Shown one piece after another: positions 47,765-58,254 of a stretch of 64,000 bases of DNA. The stretch is from Candidatus Heimdallarchaeota archaeon. GTDB lineage: Archaea; Asgardarchaeota; Heimdallarchaeia; Hodarchaeales; Hodarchaeaceae. Below the pieces are notes generated by a model. It made no database searches. It saw only the letters and a list, made by a program, of their open reading frames with translations, and was not told the DNA's origin. A program made the position numbers and the translations under genes. How positions within the stretch are numbered: position 1 is the stretch's first letter; each line of letters opens with the position of its first letter. The stretch lies in the NCBI GenBank assembly GCA_011364965.1, contig RDOB01000002.1, positions 224,001-288,000 on the forward strand, written 5' to 3'.

Positions 47765-49228
47765 TCAAATTCGTTGTCTCCATTTGAAATAGTTAACTAT
47801 ATATCGAAAAGCATGAACCATACGCTCTGGAGAAGGGAATATAGGATAATCTTGATCTGAAAGATAATTAACTGCTGGGGAATTTTGGGATGTCAATAAT
47901 GTGGTGATAAAAATTGGTTTGCAATATTCCTGTGATAGTCTAATTATTTCTTGAAAAAGCTTAATTTCAGCTTTAGAAATGAAATCCAAACTAATCTTTT
48001 GTTCATCCGGAATTAATGGGGATTCTTTAGCTAAATTAGCTAGGAATGAAAATCCTCCAATCCCTAATAGAAAGATTGCCTCAACTACAGGCATTTCCTG
48101 TAAAATAATTTCTATTATGTCTCTGATTGTGTTTAAATTTAGGGATGCAACTGTATCAATTGGATTTCCTTTCGACCAAAAAGGCGGTAGCAAATTATTT
48201 ATTTTTTCAAAAGCTTTCTCATTTAGCTGTTCAAGAATTATTCCATGCTTCGAGCATGAATCTGCAGCCATAACTCCCCATCCTCCACCAAGAGTTAAAA
48301 TGACAACTTTTCCTCGTGGAAAGGACCAATTACCCCACCGAGAGAAAGCAAGTACGAGATCGAACATCTCCTCGAGAGTTTTGATAACAACAGCGCCTGA
48401 GTTCTCAAGTACGTTTTGAAAGACTTGGTCGTCTCCAGTTATCGCTCCTGTATGAGACATTGCAGCTTGACTCCCTGCTTTACTTCCTCCAGCCTTCAAA
48501 ATAATAATTGGTTTCTTTTTCGAGATCTCTCTGACTAAATCAACAAAACGTCTCGCATCTTGTAGACCTTCAATATAAAGCCCAATAACTTTTGTTTTTT
48601 CATCATGGTTTCCGAAATATTCGAGATAATCGGACATTGTTAGATCAGCCATATTTCCTGCCGAAACATATGCATTTAGTCCAATACCTCTCCTAGACGC
48701 AACAGAGATACCTATAGTACCAATGTTTCCTGATTGTGAAATAAAAGTCATTCCTCCAGATTTAAGTCCTTCAACTGGCCACATGACTGCAGTTAGATTC
48801 ACACGAGTTGAGACAATCCCCATACCATTCGGGCCTATTAAGCGGATGTTATTATTTCGAGCAAAATGAACGCATTCCTCTTCTAGCTTACGACCTTCCT
48901 CTCCAGACTCTTTGAAACCTGCTGTGATAATAACAATATGGTGAACCCCCCGTTCTTTAGCTTGTTCCAAAATTGAAAGTACAATATCAGCTTTTACTAT
49001 AATAATAACTAGGTCGAGCTTGATATCCTTAGGGATATCCAATATAGTTGGATAAGCTTTAACTCCCAAAATTTTCTTTTTACGAAGATTGATCGGAAAA
49101 AATTGTCCATCATAATTATTTCTGATTATATTGTGAGCAACAATGAATCCCCATGATTGCAGTTGATCACTTGCACCTACTAGTGCTACTGTTCTCGGAT
49201 TAAAAAATTTCTCAAGATTATTAGTCAT
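47765..49228 (-). CDS. Acyl-CoA synthetase (NDP-forming) alpha subunit
   Basis: VALVGAS, IGPNGMG, SQSG, SHTGA (phospho-His) and GNPID. Confidence 0.92.
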   Translation of the reverse strand: MTNNLEKFFNPRTVALVGASDQLQSWGFIVAHNIIRNNYDGQFFPINLRKKKILGVKAYPTILDIPKDIKLDLVIIIVKADIVLSILEQAKERGVHHIVIITAGFKESGEEGRKLEEECVHFARNNNIRLIGPNGMGIVSTRVNLTAVMWPVEGLKSGGMTFISQSGNIGTIGISVASRRGIGLNAYVSAGNMADLTMSDYLEYFGNHDEKTKVIGLYIEGLQDARRFVDLVREISKKKPIIILKAGGSKAGSQAAMSHTGAITGDDQVFQNVLENSGAVVIKTLEEMFDLVLAFSRWGNWSFPRGKVVILTLGGGWGVMAADSCSKHGIILEQLNEKAFEKINNLLPPFWSKGNPIDTVASLNLNTIRDIIEIILQEMPVVEAIFLLGIGGFSFLANLAKESPLIPDEQKISLDFISKAEIKLFQEIIRLSQEYCKPIFITTLLTSQNSPAVNYLSDQDYPIFPSPERMVHAFRYIVNYFKWRQRI

Positions 49229-49539
49229 TGAATGATATCCTCGTGATTTTTGATTATGATTAGGTATTGTAAAGGAGTTAAAACGTTATTTTAGGGCTTT
49301 TAATATTAGCTTGTTTATTGTACAATATTCTTTTTTATTTGAATGCATTAAGAGGGTGGAAAGGATTTGAAATGCGTCCAACTATTATTTTTTTCTTTCC
49401 TAATACTCGATTTTATTAATTCCTCCAAAAGTCGCTGATAAGCATTGGGAATTCATGAATATACTTTTTCAGTTCTATTTCGTTATGTATAAAGTATTTA
49501 TTATTAATATCTAAAGAGATTTACAAAATCCAAAAGCAA

Positions 49540-49558
49540 ATTAACTCTTCGAGTTAAT
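49540..49558. promoter_or_regulatory. Inverted repeat ATTAACTC-ttc-GAGTTAAT upstream of the SDR gene
   Basis: 8-bp perfect arms, 20 bp before the ATG. Confidence 0.4.
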
Positions 49559-49578
49559 AAAATTAATGAGGTTTAGAG

Positions 49579-50367
49579 ATGGATCTAGGATTAAATCAAA
49601 AAGTAGCTTTGGTAGCTGCTTCTAGCAGAGGTTTAGGGAAAGCAGTTGCGTTTGCTTTAGCAAAAGAAGGGGCATCAATTATTTTATGTTCACGGAATGG
49701 CGATCAATTACTTTCTGTACAGGAAGATATAATGGAGTTAGGGGTTGATGTCTTAGCAATCCCTGCAGATTTGACTATATACACCGAGGTTAAGCACCTA
49801 GTTAAAGAGGCTTTGAATCATTTCGGAAAAATTGATATTCTTGTGACTAATTGCGGGGGTCCTCCCACAGGAGGTTTTTTAGACTTTTCTATAGATGATT
49901 GGGAGAAAGCTATTACTTTGAATTTGATGAGTACGATTTTTCTTTGTAAAGAAGTACTCCCTCAGATGATTCAAAGAAAACAGGGACGCATCATTATGAT
50001 CGCGAGTATTTCCGTGAAGCAGCCTATTGATGGACTTATACTCTCCAATACTGTCCGTGCAGGAGTCGCTGGTTTAGCTAAAAGTCTTTCTAATGAATTT
50101 GGTAAAGATAATGTCTTGATAAATCTTGTTTGCCCAGGATACACAAAAACTGAGAGAGTTACACAACTTGCTTCAGTTATTTCGACAAAACGAAAAATAT
50201 CTACGGACGAAGTAATCAACGAATGGGCCAGCCAAAATGCTTTAAACCGTTTAGCCACTCCAGATGAATTTGCTAATGTTGTTGTATTCTTAGCTTCTGA
50301 AAAAGCAAGTCATTTAACAGGAGTTTCAGTTCAGATTGATGGTGGATTTATTAAATCCCTTCTTTGA
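49579..50367 (+). CDS. SDR family oxidoreductase (3-oxoacyl-ACP reductase-like)
   Basis: AASSRGLG, NCGGP, LSNTVR, PGYTKT and IDGG. Confidence 0.92.
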   Translation: MDLGLNQKVALVAASSRGLGKAVAFALAKEGASIILCSRNGDQLLSVQEDIMELGVDVLAIPADLTIYTEVKHLVKEALNHFGKIDILVTNCGGPPTGGFLDFSIDDWEKAITLNLMSTIFLCKEVLPQMIQRKQGRIIMIASISVKQPIDGLILSNTVRAGVAGLAKSLSNEFGKDNVLINLVCPGYTKTERVTQLASVISTKRKISTDEVINEWASQNALNRLATPDEFANVVVFLASEKASHLTGVSVQIDGGFIKSLL

Positions 50368-50497
50368 AATGATTCAAGACATGCTTTATACATCTATTCA
50401 ATTGTTAAGAAGTCACTTACTCCCTCATCCTTTTAATAGAATGTGGTGAATTTCTAAACTGCCATTACAAACAGTTCTATAATAGGTTGAATTCCAA

Positions 50498-52396
50498 GTG
50501 GCGCAGCTAGAAGTAATATTTCAAAACGAGAGTAATAAAACTCTTGTGTTGCTAGGTAATGAAGCAATCGCAAGGGGAATTATTGAATCGGGGGTTTCTG
50601 GTGTCTTTACGTATCCTGGAACACCAAGTTCAGAGATTCCCACAACACTCTATGAGGCTCAGGATTTTTTAAAAAGTATAGGGTATAAATTATATCTAGA
50701 ATGGAGTACAAATGAAGCTGTAGCCCTTGAGGCTGCTTTCGGTTTCTCATTCTCTGGACAACGTACAATTTTTATATCGAAACATGTGGGCTTAAATGTA
50801 GCTGCAGATGCATTTATGACTTTAGTTAATGCAGGAGTTAAAGGAGGCTTGGTTCTTATCATTGCTGAAGACCCTCATATGCATAGTAGCCAAAATGAGC
50901 AGGATAATCGCTGGTATACAAAATTAGCAAATGTTCCAATGTTTGAACCTTCATCAGCTCAAGAAGCTAAAGATATGCTTAAGTCTGCGTTTGAACTAAG
51001 CGAGAAATTTGAAACTCCAGTAATACTTAGAACTGTAACTCGGATAGCGCATTCTCGTGCTGATATCGTGCTGGATTCGATTAAATTTCCAGAATGGGAA
51101 AAAGATATTTCACTTGAGATTGATCCTCGACGCTTTGTCTGTGTTCCAAGGAACGCTCGGATGAACAAACAAAGAATACTCAATCTAACTAAAAGAATCT
51201 CAGAGGAGTTGGAATCCACAAAATGGAATGTTATGGAAACTGGTGATCAAGTAAATCATATATTCATAACTTGTGGTTCTGCTTATAACTATTTAAAAGA
51301 ATTTCTGAATTTAGTCGGTCTTAATCCACCTATACTTAAAATTGGTATCTCTCATCCATTTCCTAATAAAAAGATAAAAGAATATCTTGAAAGCTATCCT
51401 CACTCGGATTTAATTATTGTGGAGGAAGCAGATGATATTTTAGAAACCTTTGTGAAAAAGCTTGCTTTTGAAGTGAAGTTTAAGGGAGATATTTTTGGTA
51501 GAAGAGAAGGCGTTACACCTTCTTATGGGGAACTAACAACATATAAAGTATGGGAGGGGTTAATGAAAGTTTATCCAGGTATTCCCCCTCTTCCTATCAT
51601 CCCTAATGATCGTCTTGAGCTTTTGATTAATCGTCCACCTGTTTTATGTCCAGGATGTCCTCATCGTGCTACTTTCTATGCTTTAAATAAAGCTGTAAGT
51701 AAGAAAAAACGAGTCGTATCTACTGATATTGGCTGTTATACTTTGGGAGCTGCACCTCCTCTGAATACTGGTCACGTGGTGATTTGTATGGGTTCATCTG
51801 TCGGAATAGGATCTGGGTTGGCTCATATTGAAGGAAATAAAGAACCTATTATTGCTATCATTGGAGACTCAACTTTCTGGCATACTGGCCTCCCGGGTTT
51901 AGTGAATGCCGTCTATAACAAGAGTAAATTATTGTTACTCGCAGTAGATAATTCAGCAACAGCAATGACTGGATTTCAACCGAATCCTGGAGAGATACTT
52001 TCCATTGAGGCTGCTGCTAAAGGCGTGGGTGTTAAATATGTGGCTACAATTGACGCGTTTAAACCAAAAGAATCAATCCCAATAATCAAAGAAGCAATTA
52101 CCCACGAAGACGTATCTGTTATAGTATCTAAAGGAGAGTGCAGAATTCAGTATGTTCGACGAGAAGGTTTACCAACAACAACGTTTTTTGTGGAATCAGA
52201 AAGATGCGTTGGTTGCCATACATGTGTTCGACTTATTGCGTGTCCTGCTATCATGTGGTCAGGAATGATAAATTCTAAAGGTAAAGAAATCCCTGTAATT
52301 GATCAATCCCTGTGTGCCCGGTGTGGTTTATGTGCAGAAGTGTGTCCTTACGGAGTAATAGTATCCAAAGAAATTGAAAATGCTCTAGGTGATTAA
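50498..52396 (+). CDS. iorA: Indolepyruvate:ferredoxin oxidoreductase alpha subunit
   Basis: LGNEAIARG, YPGTPSSE, KHVGLNVA, SQNEQD, CPGCPHR, DIGCY, GDSTF and 2x CxxCxxC. Confidence 0.96.
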   Translation: MAQLEVIFQNESNKTLVLLGNEAIARGIIESGVSGVFTYPGTPSSEIPTTLYEAQDFLKSIGYKLYLEWSTNEAVALEAAFGFSFSGQRTIFISKHVGLNVAADAFMTLVNAGVKGGLVLIIAEDPHMHSSQNEQDNRWYTKLANVPMFEPSSAQEAKDMLKSAFELSEKFETPVILRTVTRIAHSRADIVLDSIKFPEWEKDISLEIDPRRFVCVPRNARMNKQRILNLTKRISEELESTKWNVMETGDQVNHIFITCGSAYNYLKEFLNLVGLNPPILKIGISHPFPNKKIKEYLESYPHSDLIIVEEADDILETFVKKLAFEVKFKGDIFGRREGVTPSYGELTTYKVWEGLMKVYPGIPPLPIIPNDRLELLINRPPVLCPGCPHRATFYALNKAVSKKKRVVSTDIGCYTLGAAPPLNTGHVVICMGSSVGIGSGLAHIEGNKEPIIAIIGDSTFWHTGLPGLVNAVYNKSKLLLLAVDNSATAMTGFQPNPGEILSIEAAAKGVGVKYVATIDAFKPKESIPIIKEAITHEDVSVIVSKGECRIQYVRREGLPTTTFFVESERCVGCHTCVRLIACPAIMWSGMINSKGKEIPVIDQSLCARCGLCAEVCPYGVIVSKEIENALGD

Positions 52397-53006
52397 GGTG
52401 GAGAAAACTCAAAAATTTGAAGTTTTTCTTTGTGGAGTGGGTGGACAAGGTATTCTATCTATCACAGATATTTTATGCAACGCAGCGGTGAAAATGGGAT
52501 TTCGTGTTAGAGGTTCAGAAACTCATGGTATGTCCCAAAGAGGAGGTACAGTGTTCTCAAATGTTCGTTTTGGAAATGTATATTCCCCTCTCTGTTTAGA
52601 ACGAAATACTGACATTTTACTTGGTTTTGAGCCAACAGAAGCACTTAGATATGCTCATTTTGTCAAACCTGATGGTTATATTCTTGTAAATGTTCATCCA
52701 ATACCCAGTCCAAGTTTTATTCTCTCAAAAGCTATTTATCCTGATATAAAAATTGTTTTGAACTCACTTAAAGAATATTGTGCAAATACTATTCCTCTCA
52801 ATGCAACAACTATAGCAATGGAGATGGGAAAAACAATCATTCAGAACATAATAATGCTTGGAACGCTTTCAGCAATCCCTAGTCTCCCCTTATCAAGTGA
52901 GTCATTATTAGAAGCTCTAAGAGAGCAATTTGATCCAAAATACTTCGATCTAAACAAAGAAGCTCTTGAAAGAGGGAGAAAAGAGTTTGAGAAAGGATTA
53001 TCCTAA
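52389..53006 (+). CDS. iorB: Indolepyruvate:ferredoxin oxidoreductase beta subunit
   Basis: GVGGQG and SETHGMSQRGG; overlaps iorA. Confidence 0.95.
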   Translation: MIKVEKTQKFEVFLCGVGGQGILSITDILCNAAVKMGFRVRGSETHGMSQRGGTVFSNVRFGNVYSPLCLERNTDILLGFEPTEALRYAHFVKPDGYILVNVHPIPSPSFILSKAIYPDIKIVLNSLKEYCANTIPLNATTIAMEMGKTIIQNIIMLGTLSAIPSLPLSSESLLEALREQFDPKYFDLNKEALERGRKEFEKGLS

Positions 53007-53014
53007 GTCCTATT

Positions 53015-53635
53015 TTATTTATCTAAGTACAATCTTTGCTCCCATTCATCTATTTTTTCCAGAATATCTTCCAAATATTTCACTTTTTTAATTTTAATTT
53101 CACGATTATAAGTAGCAACATCATATAGCAATCTTGAAGACTGACTTGTTTCAGAAAGAGCATCACGAAATTCTTCAATAAATTCAGGAATTCTTTCGGG
53201 TGATTTTTCCCAAAATCTTGAAATATTTTCTCTTAAAGACTCAATAACAATTCTAAGATCTCCTGCTTCGGAAACGGAAAGAATTGTGGTTGTTCTATCT
53301 TGAATTCTGTTCTTAATTTGATTTATTAATCTTGAAGCAGCATCATTTCGATTTTTCACGATTCCTTCAGTGATCCACTTCTCTACTACTACTTCAATCA
53401 ATTGAAATAAGGCAACATCTTCATTTGCTTGTATTTCAGGAAGGTAGTGAAACAAGCCTAATTTCGTAACTACAAGCCTAAAATTAGCACTAATGTACTG
53501 GTGTTCTTTATTTGTAAATTCAATCCGTTTAAGTAGATCTCTGAAATCTCTGACGCTTAAACGACCAGCTTGGTATTCAATAGTAAGGTTTGGTTTTATT
53601 TTTTCACAAATTTCGTCAATCTTCACTCTAGGCAC
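53015..53635 (-). CDS. Hypothetical helical protein
   Basis: 206-aa ORF with no recognised motif. Confidence 0.7.
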   Translation of the reverse strand: MPRVKIDEICEKIKPNLTIEYQAGRLSVRDFRDLLKRIEFTNKEHQYISANFRLVVTKLGLFHYLPEIQANEDVALFQLIEVVVEKWITEGIVKNRNDAASRLINQIKNRIQDRTTTILSVSEAGDLRIVIESLRENISRFWEKSPERIPEFIEEFRDALSETSQSSRLLYDVATYNREIKIKKVKYLEDILEKIDEWEQRLYLDK

Positions 53636-53760
53636 CAGAAGTATAATTAAATCATGATAATTTCCCGCGAAGTTCTATTAAGCTTTTCTTTTCTATAATT
53701 TTCATAGAGAAAAAAACTTTTAGCATCTTATGAGATTGAATCGGTCTTAAACTAAAATGA

Positions 53761-53812
53761 AAGAAAAAAATTAACAAAGAACTTGTCGAATTGGAGAGTA
53801 TGCACTACTCTC
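53761..53812 (-). terminator. Hairpin (GAGAGTA/TACTCTC, 53794-53812) followed by T-tracts downstream of albA
   Basis: 7-bp stem 44 nt after the albA stop, followed by TTTTTTTCTT on the minus strand. Confidence 0.4.
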
Positions 53813-53855
53813 ATGCATTAGATAATCCCATCTATTCCTCTGTATTAATATGAAC

Positions 53856-54134
53856 TCAAATTTTAGTGATAGTGATTTCAATTGCACTTACGTTTGACAA
53901 GTTTCCTTCTCGTGTTTCGATTTGCTCAGTATCTATTTGAATATTTGTTACATCGACGCGATCTTTCATAAAGCGCCGTCGTAAAACTTCAGCAACATCT
54001 ACAGCCCGACTGATGGCTCTCCCGCGCGCTTTGAGAACTATTGCTTCTGCATCACGATTGAACTGAGTTACGCAGGCCATTACATAAGCGGTCACTGGTT
54101 TATTTCCGATAAAAACAGTATTTTCCTCTGTCAT
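53856..54134 (-). CDS. albA: DNA/RNA-binding protein Alba
   Basis: [25 protein letters not shown] and VSAIEI. Confidence 0.97.
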   Translation of the reverse strand: MTEENTVFIGNKPVTAYVMACVTQFNRDAEAIVLKARGRAISRAVDVAEVLRRRFMKDRVDVTNIQIDTEQIETREGNLSNVSAIEITITKI

Positions 54135-54289
54135 GATTGATTCACTCCATGTATTCGGTTTAGGGTGGAATTCACTGAAATAATGTGTCGATTATTATTG
54201 AATATATAACTTGAAAAATCTTTCCAAAGTAGTTTCAATATTCTAGTTTCTTGATTTTATTAATAATCACGAAGATACTGGTTCATTAT

Positions 54290-54922
54290 TTATAGAGGGT
54301 TATCTTGAATTCCAGTAAAGAAACCAATGAGATTAGCAACAATATGAACTACGAATGTAGTAGGAACAAGTATCAAAAACCATTCAATAGGCCATGGAAC
54401 TATAGGATAAATAAAAATAAATCCTATCACCAAAAAACCAAGCTGATCAAGAAAGATAAATGTTTTTCCGCGTTCAATTCCACTACGACGCTTAATAAAC
54501 GAACCCAAGATATCTCCAGTAAGACCCCCAAATGTTATTACAAATCCTATTATTAAACCAGTACTGATAGGATTCTCTAAAATTTGATTCATTCTTAGGC
54601 TCCTTAAAACGCCAAATAGAAAACCATCTTGAACTAAAGAAAGATATTCAATACGTAGTGTAATATTATTTTCCGGAATGAGACGAATTGGGAAGATAAA
54701 GCTTAGTAAGCCAAACAACCCCCCGATGATTGTTGACACTAGAACTCCAGCCCAAAATCCTCGAATGGTCTTTCCATCTCCAAGTAATCGGTTTCCGTCT
54801 CGCCAATAACGTCCTCCATCAATAGGGCGTCCTCCTCCTAAAACTGTTGGCGAAGCATTACCAAACCATAAAGGAAGCACAAATACTGCGCTATCGATAA
54901 TGATTTGGACGATATCCGTCAT
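54290..54922 (-). CDS. carS: CDP-archaeol synthase
   Basis: GNASP, PIDGG, RLLGDGKT and GDILGSFIKRR...DQ. Confidence 0.93.
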   Translation of the reverse strand: MTDIVQIIIDSAVFVLPLWFGNASPTVLGGGRPIDGGRYWRDGNRLLGDGKTIRGFWAGVLVSTIIGGLFGLLSFIFPIRLIPENNITLRIEYLSLVQDGFLFGVLRSLRMNQILENPISTGLIIGFVITFGGLTGDILGSFIKRRSGIERGKTFIFLDQLGFLVIGFIFIYPIVPWPIEWFLILVPTTFVVHIVANLIGFFTGIQDNPL

Positions 54923-55069
54923 TTCCAGATCAGCTCAAAATCAATTTCTGTTCATCATACCGTAAAAAAGCGTACTACGATTCTAAAATACAATTACTTC
55001 TTTGAGAAAGATATTGATGTATTTTTTTTGGGTTGCTTTTTTGTGTTATGGATTTATTATAACAGAATA

Positions 55070-55597
55070 TCACTCTTCTAGCATCAAAAAAATTTTCTCA
55101 TTCCCACCGATGATTTCCCCTTTTGATATATAGAATGTTACAATGGATTTTTCTTTATTTATTATATATTCCGTTCCTGAATAAACTGCTTTTATTGTAC
55201 CTGCCAGAATCTGCCAAGAAGAGATCGCAGGGTATGTTATTTCTTCTGGTTGAGCATAAAGGTGGATAGTATTTACTTTTGTTCTCTTAAGTTGAAAAGG
55301 ATCAGATTCGATGAGAAATTTGAGAACTGGCTTTTCCGGATTGTCCGCAAAGAAATGTAATTGAATATTTTGAATTGTCATTTGGATTTTCTTTTGATTG
55401 AGTAGCAGGTCATCAATGTTGATCCAATATTGTAAATTGTTTTTAATTAGTTCTAATTCCCCAGAAATAGCTCCCGTGGCTTTTAAGTTATAATAATTCT
55501 TATTTACATCTTCATAATAAAAATAGAGGGATTGTTTTATCATTGTTGAACTAACTTTGAAAAATGACTCAACAAATATCGGGATTTCTTTTTCCAT
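55070..55597 (-). CDS. Conserved archaeal hypothetical protein
   Basis: 175 aa; the YYED..YY and KGEIIGGNEKI pattern recalls an uncharacterised archaeal family. Confidence 0.65.
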   Translation of the reverse strand: MEKEIPIFVESFFKVSSTMIKQSLYFYYEDVNKNYYNLKATGAISGELELIKNNLQYWINIDDLLLNQKKIQMTIQNIQLHFFADNPEKPVLKFLIESDPFQLKRTKVNTIHLYAQPEEITYPAISSWQILAGTIKAVYSGTEYIINKEKSIVTFYISKGEIIGGNEKIFLMLEE

Positions 55598-55681
55598 GAT
55601 TGAATTAATCTCCGATTTCCAATGTATTATTTCCTCCTATACATATAAATATTGAGTGAATTGAAAGTTATTTGACGGATA

Positions 55682-56737
55682 ATGAATGTAATACCAGTAG
55701 GAAAAGCTCCTTGGAGTATTTTAATCGAGTTAATAAAAAAGCAAGGATATACAAAGAATCTTGGAATAATTCAAGCAGCAGAGCAGGGGATTGATGTTGC
55801 AGTTTTAGATATAGCTAGTATAACTAAAACTATAAACGCAACATATAAAACTAATGAATTACCATACTTAATATACAAATCTGATCCAATTACGTTTCCT
55901 ACTCCGAATCCAGCTGCGTATCTTATAATGGTTAATAAAAATGACCTAGCAACTGCAGGTGCACTCCCTTTTGGTATTTTAGTGACCATTCTTTTACCCC
56001 CTAATTGTACTCCAAAGGATTTACTCATAATTCAGAAAAATCTTTCAAAAGAGTGTAATAAAAATAAAATTACTATCTTAGGGGGGCATACTGAGATCAC
56101 AGAGAATGTTGTAAACCCGATTCTTTCAGCTAGCATGATAGGATTTGTTCCCCCAACATTCTATATCCCTAGAAATGTCTTTTCAGGCGACGCCATAATT
56201 TGTTCGGGATGGGTTGGAGCAGAAGGAACGGGTATATTGATTACAGAAGGATTAGAGGTATTCAAAAAGCATTTAACACCTGAAGAAATTCAAACAGGAA
56301 TGAAAATAGGGAGAGAAATAGATATTTCTGATCGGATTATCAGTTGCAATAAAGAGTTCCACCATTCTATTCATTTGGTTCATGATGCGACCGAAGGAGG
56401 TATCTTGGGAGCTATCTATGAATGTATAGCGCCAAAGGGCTTTGGTTGTGAGATTGATTCAGCTAAAATCCCTATTTCAAGTATAACCAAGAAAATAACA
56501 AGTATTTTGGATATAGATCCCAAAAAATTAATATCTTCCGGCGCTGTCCTAATTCTCTGTCCTGAGATTGATTCAATTTCTATAATTAAATTCCTAAGAC
56601 ATTTCGATGTTCCAGCTGAAATTATTGGCAAAGTAACTGATTCTCAGAGCCCCCTCCTGATTGATGGGGAAGATTTGACTCCTCCAGAATCCGATCATCT
56701 AATTTCTGGTTTGTCTTATATTAGAAGGAGTAAATGA
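55682..56737 (+). CDS. AIR synthase-related (PurM/HypE/ThiL superfamily) protein
   Basis: SDPITF, NDLATAGA, GGHTE, HDATEGG and LISSG. Confidence 0.9.
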   Translation: MNVIPVGKAPWSILIELIKKQGYTKNLGIIQAAEQGIDVAVLDIASITKTINATYKTNELPYLIYKSDPITFPTPNPAAYLIMVNKNDLATAGALPFGILVTILLPPNCTPKDLLIIQKNLSKECNKNKITILGGHTEITENVVNPILSASMIGFVPPTFYIPRNVFSGDAIICSGWVGAEGTGILITEGLEVFKKHLTPEEIQTGMKIGREIDISDRIISCNKEFHHSIHLVHDATEGGILGAIYECIAPKGFGCEIDSAKIPISSITKKITSILDIDPKKLISSGAVLILCPEIDSISIIKFLRHFDVPAEIIGKVTDSQSPLLIDGEDLTPPESDHLISGLSYIRRSK

Positions 56738-56771
56738 AAAAACTATAAGATTTTCTTTATTCCTCTTTTTG

Positions 56772-57839
56772 TCAATAAATACGCTTAGTCCCTTCAGAGA
56801 CTTCCGTAATGAATGAGGGGCCAAATTCCTCTAATCTTCTCTTTATTATTAGTGCTGTTTCTCTCTCACCAGCAAGAGCAAACATTGAACCCCCAAAACC
56901 CGCTCCCGAAAGTTTACATCCTAAAGCTCCATATTTTAATGCAATATCACACATTTTATCAAGTTTAGGATGGCTTACTTCATAATCTTCACGCAAAAAA
57001 GTTTGTTGTTCAGTTAGTAAATTTCCTAAATAACTAATACTGGGATCAGGTTTTTTGAGTTCTTCGAATGCCAAGCGTAAATTATCTCTTACCCCAAATA
57101 CACCTTTTAATCGTTTCAATTGAATATTAGATAATTTTCTAATTTTTTCTCCATTTAATTCAGCATCATTTAAATCAGGATTGCCTAAAATATTCAATCC
57201 TTCAAAAATATCTTTTTGAACTGTTTTTAATGGGATATCAGCCTTCCTTTCTACCCCTGAATTTCCAATTATAAAATATGCTTGATTTATCTTCTCAAGA
57301 GTGGTTACAACTGGATTAGAATCAGCAGTCATATGAATAATCCCTCCGAAAGCCACTGAATACTGGTCCATTCTGCCACAAGATATTTTCATAAGATCAT
57401 GTTCACATTCGTAAGCTATTTCAGCTACCTCTTTTGGGGATAATTGTTTCTTAAGGAGCTCATTTCCAACTAAATGAACCATAGCAGTTAGTATAGCAGC
57501 GGAGGAAGATAATCCTGACTTTATTGGAATATCACTAGAAATTTGAATTTTGCTAAGAGTTAAAAGGTCTGATGGTACCCCGAAAAATACCAATACTGAT
57601 TTCAAATAGTCGAAAGGAGAATCATTCAAATAAATGCGATTTTTAAGGAAAACTATCTCATCTTGATTAAATTGGTCGCTCGATAAATATATTTTCTCCC
57701 TGGTTTGCGCTTCAATTGTACATTTTAGATTTAAATACATATTGATCGCCATTGGAATAACAGGGAGATTTAAGTAATCTTGGTGTTCTCCGAATAAACA
57801 AATTCTTCCTGGTGATCTAATCAGTATTTGAGGCGCCAT
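56772..57839 (-). CDS. GHMP kinase, galactokinase-like
   Basis: SPGRICLFGEHQDY, PIKSGLSSSAA, CGRMDQ and KLSGAGFGG. Confidence 0.9.
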   Translation of the reverse strand: MAPQILIRSPGRICLFGEHQDYLNLPVIPMAINMYLNLKCTIEAQTREKIYLSSDQFNQDEIVFLKNRIYLNDSPFDYLKSVLVFFGVPSDLLTLSKIQISSDIPIKSGLSSSAAILTAMVHLVGNELLKKQLSPKEVAEIAYECEHDLMKISCGRMDQYSVAFGGIIHMTADSNPVVTTLEKINQAYFIIGNSGVERKADIPLKTVQKDIFEGLNILGNPDLNDAELNGEKIRKLSNIQLKRLKGVFGVRDNLRLAFEELKKPDPSISYLGNLLTEQQTFLREDYEVSHPKLDKMCDIALKYGALGCKLSGAGFGGSMFALAGERETALIIKRRLEEFGPSFITEVSEGTKRIY

Positions 57840-58254
57840 AAAATTCAGTTGCGATATTTTCTTTCATAATTCCCTCGATAAAATTTTAATCCCGCACTTT
57901 TAATATTTCATCTCCATTGGAAAAATAACTTAACAATCTCACCATATTTTATAAATCATAAATTCTATTCAAACATTTGCCAGAATAGAAAGATATTTTT
58001 TAAATAAGAAAGAAATCAATCTTCTTATGATTTGAAATTTGAGCTAAGTTTACCTTTAAATAAAAAGCTCAGATTAAATCTCTAAAAGGAATTCTGGTGA
58101 GAGTTTCGATCCTCAATTAACAATAACTAAGCAAAAAAAAGATAGAAATAATTAAGTGAAATTATATTCAAGTGCGCATTACCTATAAATTGAAGGTTTT
58201 TAATGGAAGTTATAACATCTACTCAAAATTTAAATCATCTATAATACAGGAGTA

